NCBI GenBank assembly: GCA_002269645.1
Contig: NIVC01000020.1
Location: 1,240,001 to 1,304,000, forward strand
Source of the DNA: Macrostomum lignano
Taxonomy: Eukaryota
Reading direction: 5' to 3'
DNA: 64,000 nucleotides
The position numbers were made by a program, and so were the translations under genes. Below, piece after piece: positions 45,460-55,507 of the stretch (position 1 is the stretch's first letter; each line of letters begins with the position of its first letter). The notes beneath the pieces were generated by a model. The model searched no databases. It was not told where the DNA came from and saw only the letters and a list, made by a program, of their open reading frames with translations.

Positions 45460-46581
45460 GTAACAATGTTATTTGTACCATCAGAATAAAAGATATAATG
45501 AAAAGTAACACTACTTTTGGGATAGCCCTTGCCCCTTTATAGAATATTTTAATATTAAGAGTTACTTTCAATGTTTCTTCCATAAATAATGTTTGATAGA
45601 GTTTTAATGAATAAGAACTCCTATTTCAGTTTGACTTATTAACATTATTATAGCTAGATTCTAATCAAATAGCTAGAATTTAATTTTGTCTCATTTTTGT
45701 TTCATTTAATAGTTCCAAATTCTGACAGAAAGTATCCACATTAACACTGAAGCAATTTGTGCACAGAGATTCGACAAGTGTGTTTTAGTCTGTCTAAGGT
45801 TAGCTCTTGCACAGTGTAGACTAGTGTAGTTTATCTATTGAAGACCAAAATTAGCATTGACAAATAGGTGCTGTCAAGCTGAAATAGCCATATCCTTACA
45901 CTGAAAAGCCAACCCCAATTGAAGGCTTTGGGTTTCAATAATTTTTGCTTGTGTTTTGCTGCAACAATAAAACTAGACCAATTGCTTTTGGCATTTGGTA
46001 TGCCCAGCTGCCCACTGTTTACAAGCTGGTCATTGCTAAAATTAAGGCTCTGTTGCATTTTTGCACCTCTCTTAAGCCTGCTGGAATTAGCGCTGTTTCG
46101 TTTAGTGTCAGCCCCCCTCCACCTGGCTGCTGTGTATGTTATTGGAGTTTCCAATCAGCAGTTTGCCATCTTGGCCCGGTGCTATTAATAAGCACGCCAC
46201 CATCTCACTTGCTCTCAGTTGAATTCTGTTTATATCAGCAGCCGCCCCCGGCTCCGTGCGTCCTCTGCCTGGCACAAATTAAACCCGATCGATAACCCCC
46301 CCTCCCCCTAATTTAGTTGATTTGCGCGCCACAGCAGTCCGCTCTGATTTTATCCGCCGGCCGTGGGAGTGAAATATTTTCATATTATTTAGCTCGTTGC
46401 CCTCCCCCCCCCAGGGGCGCTGGCTCGTGCCAGCAATTAGTCTTGTACTCCGTTTATTCCCTCTCGCTCTGCGCCGCGGGTTGGGGTGGGCGCCGCGGAG
46501 GTTGGGGTGGCTGTGCTGAGTGTACATCCGATTCTCGCCAGCCGCCCGGTCCCACTGCGCCGTTGTTCTGTTTAGTGCGTG

Positions 46582-46589
46582 TATATAAA
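46582..46589 (+). promoter_or_regulatory. TATA box upstream of profilin
   Basis: TATATAAA about 160 bp upstream of the profilin ATG, in a GC-rich context. Confidence 0.55.
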
Positions 46590-46743
46590 ACAGGCGCCAG
46601 GCTTTAAAATCGGCCTTTCTTAGCCTTTTCTCTCTGAGCCGGAAACATTTAACACTTTTATTACCGCCGAGCTGCCTGCCGCCTTTTTTTACTCTCTGCT
46701 GCAACTTTCCGCCTTTCTGTTTCATTCGCCAGCTGCCATCGCC

Positions 46744-47154
46744 ATGTCTTGGGACTCCTGGGTGTCGAACCTCCTTCAGTATCCTGGCGTCAACTTCGGC
46801 GCCATCTGCGGCAACGACGGCAGCGTGTGGGCCAAGTCCGAGAACTTCGTCGCCTCGCCCGAGGAGCTGCAGGCCCTGGCCGCCGGGATCGGCAAGAACA
46901 ACGCCGGCGAGTTCCAGTCCTTCAAGCTGAACGGCGAGAAGTTCATGACTATCCGGCTGTTGAACCGCGAGCTGGACGCCAAGAAGCTGCAGTCCAGCGT
47001 GACTGTGATGGGCTGCACCCAGTGCTTTGTGATCGGCGGCTACATTGCCTCGTCCGAGGGCTCCGGCGAGCCCAATATGGGTACCGGCGGCGGTCAGAAG
47101 GTGAACGTGGCCGTGTCCAAGCTGAAGGACAGCCTCGTGGCCAGCGGCTACTGA
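46744..47154 (+). CDS. Profilin, single coding exon, 136 aa
   Basis: MSWDSWVSNLL...GAICGNDGSVWAKS...FKLNGEKFMTIR...LKDSLVASGY shows the profilin N-terminal and C-terminal signatures. Confidence 0.95.
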   Translation: MSWDSWVSNLLQYPGVNFGAICGNDGSVWAKSENFVASPEELQALAAGIGKNNAGEFQSFKLNGEKFMTIRLLNRELDAKKLQSSVTVMGCTQCFVIGGYIASSEGSGEPNMGTGGGQKVNVAVSKLKDSLVASGY

Positions 47155-49164
47155 AGCCGTGGGTGCTGCCGGACTCCTGTTAGACCCAAAGCTATCTAAT
47201 CATTGCTCCCGCCGTTTTCCCCATTCCCTCAGCTGCCCTTCCCCAATTCCGCAGTTACTCCCGCAAATTTGTGTCGCTTCCATCGCTGAAGTCTTCGTTC
47301 ATTTTGTTTTACTCTAAAATAAAATTTTTGCTGGCGCCCCACGGCTACCGCGAGTTTTCTTGCTTTCCTGTGCAACGTTTGACGCGCCAGTTCTCTCCGC
47401 TCCTTCCATGTTGTGTCCTCTTTCTCTGAGAGCAAGCAGAATAACCAGCTTCAGTTTGGCAATCAGACAGCAGCGACAGGCAATATACGGCATTAGTCTG
47501 ATGATGTGTTTTTCTCTTTGCTATCACCTTATTTTGTAGCCTGAATTCACCGCCTGCTGGCTTGTTTTGCTAGCAGAACCCGCCCCGGCCCGTGTTGGTC
47601 AGCTGAGCGCTGCCGAGCCGCTTTACTAGTAGTGTTAATATTAATTATTGTTACTCAACTATCAAGCAATAAATACCATCGCTAAATAAAGGCGTCACTG
47701 CAAAAAATGCAAAAAACACATTTTTGTTCTACAGTCTCCCGCTTTTGCAATAAAAAGTGAATTTCCGGTGTGGAGCGTCCTGGTGTCTTGCCGTGTCTCA
47801 ATTTTGCTAACGGGCACTAGCGGGTATTGCCAACTCAGAGTAAGTTCGAGAAATTCTTTGTAGCTGGCGCATTTCGATGATGCATGAGAAATTCAGCTTC
47901 TTTAGCGGCTGCCAAGGGAAAGACGAAGTTCGTTGTTTTCTCTTCTCTAAGTTCGAGTCTTGAAATTATTTTTGCCCGCCAAGTTTATGGCTGCAGCTGA
48001 GTTGCTTGGGCTGTTTGCTTGTGCTCAATGTAGTTTAGAGTTGGGGGGGGGGGGGAAGGAGGCAAGTCTGAGTCAACTTCATTCTACAGTGTCCATTATT
48101 TAACAGTCTATCTTGTTAATTAACCAGGATAACACCAGCATGCAAGTAAATAACCTCTGGGTGAGAGACAAAATCCGGGCGGCTTGTTGGCACTCTATGG
48201 TCCAAATAGACGGGCGACTCGGGGCCGATCTTTTTTTATGAGGATGGACACTTGTAGAGCACAGCAGGGCGCCGTTGGAGAACAGAAACAGCTACAGCAC
48301 GGGATCCATACAACAGGATAAGCAATGCAAAGTACGATTTAATTGTACTGTGCCAATTTCGCGTTTGATAAAGTTGAAGCCCTGTGAATCCATCCGAATT
48401 CTTTGTGTCCAGTCCGTGCTTGCCTGTATTATAGCACTGCAGACAGTTTTCACCTCTCCTGTCAGCTGGCTGCCTCAGCCACGCACAGCAAGTCAGTCAG
48501 CAACCCCTGAGAACGAGTGTATTTCGTCATATCTGCAAACAACTGCAGCTGCATTTGCAGTGCAGCCACGCATGCAGACTGCTATAGCCGCAGCATTTTC
48601 TTGGATCTTATCGGATAAACACGTTGCACGTCATAAATTTCTGATGATGTTGCGTACATGCATAGCTACCTGCAGTTCACTGGGGGGCCTGACATGAACT
48701 GCGCGTATCCGCAGACTGCTTGGATCTCTGCATGTACCCCAGCTACTGCCACTCAGCAGTAAGCAACTCAAGCGAGGCAACACATTTCTATGCTGGATTT
48801 GCCACCCGCTTCAGAATGAAGTCTGGCGCGCGTTCGTCTGCATTGGTCCCGGGGGAGCCTTGCCGAAAAATTTCATTTATTCTCTGTCTACCAAATGGTT
48901 TGCAGAATTTTGCTATTGCGCAGATCTACATAGTTGATAGGAACCAACTATACTTCATTCTCAAGCCCGTGCCTACATGTAATTTTATCTGCCTGTGGTT
49001 CGATCTTTAGAAACGTATGTATAATTAACATACCCCATGTTGAGCTGTGCTCTACCCGTACTCTTGGCTGAATGGAGCTTAGCACCCAGCTCTAAATATA
49101 CTTGTAGACTAACATGAACGGGGCTTAATTCTCGTAGACTTAAGGATGAAATGGGGAAATTAGC

Positions 49165-49472
49165 ACTGGGTGAATAGAGCTGAGCACTCTGGGGTGAATG
49201 GAGCTGAGCACTCTGGGGTGAATAGAGCTTAGCGGGGTGAATGGAGCTGAGCACTCTGGGGTGAATAGAGCTTAGCGGGGTGAATGAAGCTGAGCACTCT
49301 GGGGTGAATGGAGCTGAGCACTCTGGGGTGAATGGAGCTGAGCACTCTGGGGTGAATGGAGCTGAGCACTCTGGGGTGAATGGAACTGAGCACTCTGGGG
49401 TGAATGGAGCTGAGCACTCTGGGGTGAATGGAGCTGAGCACTCTGAGGTGAATGGAGCTTAGCACTCGGGGT
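49165..49472. repeat. 24-bp minisatellite (~12 units)
   Basis: GAGCTGAGCACTCTGGGGTGAATG. Confidence 0.95.
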
Positions 49473-49954
49473 GAAGATTCTCTTATTTTGGTAATTTACC
49501 TGCCCATTTCCCCCATGCAGTTCAAGAAAGTAAAACACTCGACAGTCGCTAGTGAGTTGCCATGCAACTGGTCGACTGGTCGACTGGTTCAGTGGCAATA
49601 CACACTGCTACTACACGTAGAGACAGAGCGAGTTATGCATGCGGCGCGGTTTCTTTCTAGGAATTCAGCTCACATTAAGTTCGCATTACAACTGCCCTAA
49701 AAAAACCATTAATTTGCTCAATCCAGTTAGAGCACTGTACATGCAAAGCGAGTGCATTATGCAGGCCTCTCTGTCCCCGGCCTTCTCTCTTTCCCTGCAT
49801 GCACACCGCTGATTGCCCAGCCCGTGTTCAGCATTGTTCTATTTATAGAAAGAAGCATTGCACTGCCAGCTCAGTCCCTCCACGCTGGCAGCCAAACCGG
49901 GCATTTATTGTGCCACCCTTGCATTTGGCATAACCAGTTTGCACCTGCGCCGAG

Positions 49955-51371
49955 ATGAAGCCGGCAACTCCTGCAGTGCACCAGCAGTCCGGCCTGCGCC
50001 TCCGCTCCTCGGTGAACCTCTGGCTGGTGGCGTTACGCCTTGCTTGCCTGGCCGGCCTTCTGGCCACCTCCGTGTGCCTCAGCTGGTGGACACCTGTGCT
50101 GGCCGGGGCGCTGGCCCTCAGCTATCGATGGTCCGCCACCCGCCTCGCTGCCGTGGACCCCGAAGATGAGTCAGCGAACCTTCAGAAGAAGCATCGCTGG
50201 AAGAATCCGCTGCGCGGGAAGCCGATCTCCGGGTCCTTGACCGACCTGCCCGAGCCGAGGCTGCTGGAGCTCCAAACGGCCGCCCTCAGCGACACGCTTG
50301 CTGACGGCGCTGATGACACTGACACCGTTGACGACTGCCAAGCGCTGCGTGCCTTTGAGCCCGTCCGGCGGGGCACCGCGTGCGCGTTCGCCCGGCGCGC
50401 GCGGCTCTGGGGCGGCCCGGCCTGGCGGCCTCGCTTGCCGCTGGCCGCCAACGCAGCCGCCTGTGCGCCCCGGCTGCGCCTTTTCTGCCGCGTCTGCGCC
50501 GAGCTCGGGCTCGACGGCTTCGTCATCCGCCTGGTCGGCAAGCACCTGTGCCGCGACTTTCGACGCTTCAGCGCTGCCGTGTACGGCACGCTGAGCACCC
50601 TGGCCGCCTGCAACACCGGCGGCGGCGGGGACTGCATGGCCGAGCCGCACCGCCTGCACCAGACGGGTTGGGTGTTCCGCTTCCACGGACAGACCTTCTT
50701 TGTCACCACCTTCGCACCCTTCTACGGCCCGGAGGACAGCAGATTCGCTTTTGGCGCATCTGATGGGTGAGTTGCTTCCCCGTTGCCCTGGCTGATCCCC
50801 TTGTGCCCTGGCTCCTCTGGTGCCCTGGCTCCCCTGGTGCCCAGGCTCCCCCGGTGCCCTGGTTCCCCTGGCTCCCCCGTTCCCTGGTTCCCCTGGCTCC
50901 CCCAGTGCCCTGGCTCCCCCGTGCCCTGGCTCCCCCGTGCCCTGGCTCCCCCTGTGCACTGGCTCCCCTGGTCATTCTAACAGCTCTGATACCAAAATGA
51001 CGTTCCATTCTCCGCACAGGTGATACTCATGTACAATCCCCCTTCAACTGAACTCGCGCAGGTTTCTTCTGCTGCAGCCCGAGCTGTCCTTCGCCCAGCA
51101 CGACCTGCCGCCGGACACGCCGCATACAAACTGGGGCGGCGCCGAAGAGGGCGACGGTCATCAGACGGTTCGCGACCGGATTCGCTGCGCCTTCAGGGAC
51201 GCGGGCCAGGCCTACCGGATCCGGGATACGACCGTGTACCCTATGATAGAGGACATCGTCATGCCGCCGAAGTCTATGGGATCAGCCGACCTACCCGAAG
51301 GCAGCAGGTGGTGGGAGGTCGGCCTGGCAGCTGAAAACGAGGGCGAGAAATCGACAGACGACTTACAGTGA
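49955..51371 (+). CDS. N-terminally membrane-anchored YqcI/YcgG-like protein, 2 exons: 49955-50766, 51062-51371 (~373 aa)
   Basis: Hydrophobic N-terminal segments; CAFARRARLWG; GWVFRFHGQTFFVTTFAPFYGPEDSRF. The phase-2 junction GG|GTGAGT...GCGCAG|G gives FLLLQPELSF...VRDRIRCAF. The CDS is well supported; the family call comes from remembered motifs. Confidence 0.7.
50780..50975. repeat. C-rich degenerate repeat in the YqcI-like intron
   Basis: CCCTGGCTCCCC(C/T)GTG-type units. Confidence 0.88.
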
Positions 51372-54300
51372 AGGCGACCCACAATCTGCATTTGGTGTTT
51401 TGGGAAACACATGATAGAGGCAAATTTTACTGGTTGCTGCATGTAAATAAATGTGCGTGCGCCTTCAATGGAAGCCTTGTACAGTTTAAATATTTCACTT
51501 GAAACCATATGCAATTTTGGCCTTCATTCATCAGACTATTCTTCTCAATATGCCATAATTCTGCTATTCATTGAAAAGTGTTCAAAGTGTCGACTTTTAT
51601 GTACACATAAAATCTGTCATTGAAAGCTGTAATACACTGCACCACGTGCATAAATGTATCTACACCAGAATTTTTTTTAATGTTTTACATGTTACAATTA
51701 TGTACATGCATGTAATAATTGGACTAAAATGTGATACATGTAAGTCAAATTGCTATGTACATTTCGATCGAGGCACATACTCGTACGCTCGTATTGAGCA
51801 TTCACATTGTTTACTTGTAGTTTGGACAAAAATTGATATAAAAATTCGCGTATAGTACGGTAGCGTTTTATACAAGTCATTTGTTCTTTAAGTTTGTCCT
51901 GGCAATAAATTTGCCGCTAGTTGCATGTATAATCAATTATCAATCAGTCATCAATCAATCAGCTGGTAGCAAAAATCGAAATGGATCAAATGGCTGTGAA
52001 TCCAGTTTTGGGTCGTCTAATTAACCAGCCTTAATTGATTTGTTTTGTTTATTGACTAAATTCAAGGCCTGGGGCACTATATTTGGGTAATAAGCGTACA
52101 CGATCGACACTCGATTCAGCCATATACTATGTACAAATTTCATGTGCATAAGTCCCATATTTAACACGAATTAGCTTCACTATACTTTTTAAATTTTCCT
52201 TTAGGTAAAATTGAGCCTCACCTGAAACATCGCAGTAGAAAATAGAATTACATTCTTCATCCTTCATTCTTTTTATAGAATTCATTCTTCACGTCTCGAG
52301 GAAACGATAGTGATACGATATTATACATGTTATGCGTCAATAACACTCAGATATATAGTGTGGGGTGTTATTGTAACAAAAGGTGCCCAGCTCCCAAAGA
52401 AGCTAGAGAAAGCAGTAAGTCGACCAGAAAAGGGAGTCGCTCACGCGGGAGAGTTACAAAGCCTCCAAATCAAACGCAAAAAGCAACAAAGTAACATGTA
52501 CAGGAAAATATAAGCGTAAGACGAAGTAAAACAAGCCTCAGGCCCAGAAGACGGCAACCAAATGCGACAAACTTGTAAAAGTAGAAGTCACAATACGAGC
52601 GTAGAGGTAGAAGTAGAAAGAAGTGTTTTTTTGAGAATCTGTAATAGTACAATGACGACTATGACGGTGTGAAGTGAATTGCGTTTGTTTTAATTTTACA
52701 TGCTTCATGTAATATTTCAAGTTGTAGAAATGTTTCGTCTCGGGCCTGATCGGCGGACCTCGGTCTTGAAGTGAGGCTTTCTATCTTTTAAGACTTTGAA
52801 CTTGAAATTAATATTGATCTTAGATTGCTTAGATTAGATTGGATTGGATTGTATAGTAATATCAATTTTGTAATTTTGCGTGCATCAATAAAGACAATAT
52901 ACCATGGAAGTTTCGGGCTTTGTGCTTGTGCCATGTGTGGCATAGTGCTTATTTATTAGATCTGTATGTGTCGTAAAACGTGCTTGGATTTTAAGTAAAT
53001 TCTACGACTACCACTATTCTGAATGATGACTGTCCTATATAATATATAAAATAATATCTATATATATATCTATATCATATTTATTTTTAAAAATTATAGA
53101 AGTTATAGCATTTTTGTAATCAACCCAAGTTAAATTAAAGTGTTTCAACTTTATAATTTAGTGCTGTCAAGCAACTGCTCTGGCATAAATGAAGTTATAT
53201 TCATGAAACTACATCCATTTCAATTTGGCACTAAATAGAGGGGTGTATCCATAGATTGTTTTGTTGGTCACCCCCTTTAATGAATGACATCCTGAAAAAT
53301 CACTGAAAATGCCCCTCTGCCTTCCCCTAAAAAAATTCAGGTTGTGCTATTGTTGGTGTGCAGACATTTTGCAAACACCCCAACAAAAAGACTGAAAAAA
53401 AATTAATTTAGTTGCATTATTATAAAGCCTGTTTTTCATAACCAAGCTTTATAAATCCTGAAAAAAATTATAAAAATGATAGACCTATCATTTTTATAAG
53501 TGTTATTAGGCCTACTTGTCATTGTCATAAAAGGGCCTAATATTTAAAAGAAATATGATAACCTATAAATGTATAATACATTTTAAAAAACTCTATTAAT
53601 AAGGTTATTGACATTGTAAATTATCTAGTCAATATTAGACAAATATGCATTTTAATAATATCTATCCAATCAAATTGATAGTACTAATTATGTAAATAAA
53701 TATTTTTGGACTTCAAAGACTTCTTACTCAAATATTGATTATTATAAAAATTATGTTATTATATTATTGATAGATGTCTTATTCTATTATTATACTAAAA
53801 TTAATTTTTTACTTAATTAAAGAATTTTTTAGCAAATGTAGGCAAGTATATATATATAATTATATATAAACGTGCTTTGCTTACACTAATATAACAAAAT
53901 ATGAATTTTGATATAAGAAAAGGTCTTGTATTCAAGAAAAGGAAAAAAAGAAAATAGACACTTGTGTCTTGTGAAGTTATGTTAGCAATTTAACTGGATA
54001 AATAACAAAAATGGCTATTTGTCCAATTTAGTTTATGGCTATTCATTAATTTAGTATTAATTGGTAATAGATATTTGTCTAATAACTAGAATAATAATAA
54101 TTATTTGAAAGAAAGAAATTATTTGAAAGAAAAAATCTTTCAAATAAGATGCAATAAAGATTAAAATATTAAAATACAAATGGTTATATTCTTTTTAAGA
54201 AATCATTTTATTACAATAACAGTTTATAGCCTAAAGTACTACTTTTAAAAACATTTAAAATTCAAAACAGCTAGCTATAAACAATAACATTTTATTGTTT

Positions 54301-55507
54301 ATTGTCTCTAACTATATATAGGCCCTATAAAAAAGCAAAAAAGCATTAATTTTTGGCTTCTAAATCTATATGCAATTTAATGTTAAAAGTTGTTATGTAT
54401 ATACTTGATATATGTTAAAAATTGTTATATTTATATATATTTCTGTAAAAATATATTTAGACTAATTTTCTTTTTCTATATAAACCATGCATGCATCTTA
54501 CTAATAATGAATAAAGATTTTTCAAATCTGCAAACTTAATGCAAATTTTATAAAAAAAACATTGATACATAAGTAAAGTACAAATTTATAAACAAAGCCA
54601 TAAAATACTAAGTCAAAAGATAGTCTTAGATAAGTCTTAAAAGCCCTAATCAACTAATTAGTTTTAGGAAAAACAAAAAAACAATAAGTGTGACAATTTT
54701 TATGATTGCACTTTTTTGCAGACATGTCATACCCTTGATAGTTGGAAGCTAGGCAATGATGCCACCCCAACAGACTTAGCAGCCATGCAGCACTCAGAAA
54801 CTTAGTTTGGCCTCTACAGCAGATAACAGGCTTAAAATTGGGTGTATGTGGCAAAATAATTTTAAGGTGGTAGAACTGCAACTTTACACTGGGCTGCCAA
54901 AAGCTATCACATCTCTTCAAGGAGCACCTATGAATCTGGCAAAAATAATTCCATTAGCATTGCATTTAACATTTTTTCTATATGGGATATTTAAAATATT
55001 TGGGCCAATGCAGGTACTTGCATGACAATGCTAATCGGGGACTTCACTTTGCTAGACTAACAGGAAAAGTGACACTCTTCAGTCTACAATGACCATTCTT
55101 AAGCTGTTTCCTGACAAATTGGATTTAATACATTTAGTGTCAATCTTAATTTTGCTTTTCTGCCAATTAACTACTTGATGCTAGTCAAAGCAGACTGAAA
55201 TGCGTTGTGTTAAAAAATTAATAAAGAAAACAAACATTGAGGCTATTTAAAGGTTATTTGGTTAGGCATTTATCCCATGCCTCATTATATAAAAGGCTAT
55301 GTAAAATGACATGCCAGATTTGAGTAGAGATGCTTTGATGAATTTTTGGCAGAGGCAATAAATTATCAAGAAAAGAAATTGGTTTGCATTTAGTTTTAGA
55401 TAAATAAATGTCATATTTAATGCAGTTTTCATATTTATAAACTATTCCAATACAGTGGATTGAGTTCAATGACTAAAATTCATTTGTTTTTGCAGTTATC
55501 AGAAGAA

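Noticed and set aside
51017-51025. Acceptor at 51019 for exon 2 of the YqcI-like gene
   Set aside because: It creates an immediate in-frame TGA; the acceptor at 51061 gives a 102-codon extension with family-like motifs.
51400-55480. Coding genes or an autonomous transposon in the second AT-rich block
   Set aside because: Only short, low-complexity ORFs with no transposase, RT or integrase motifs.
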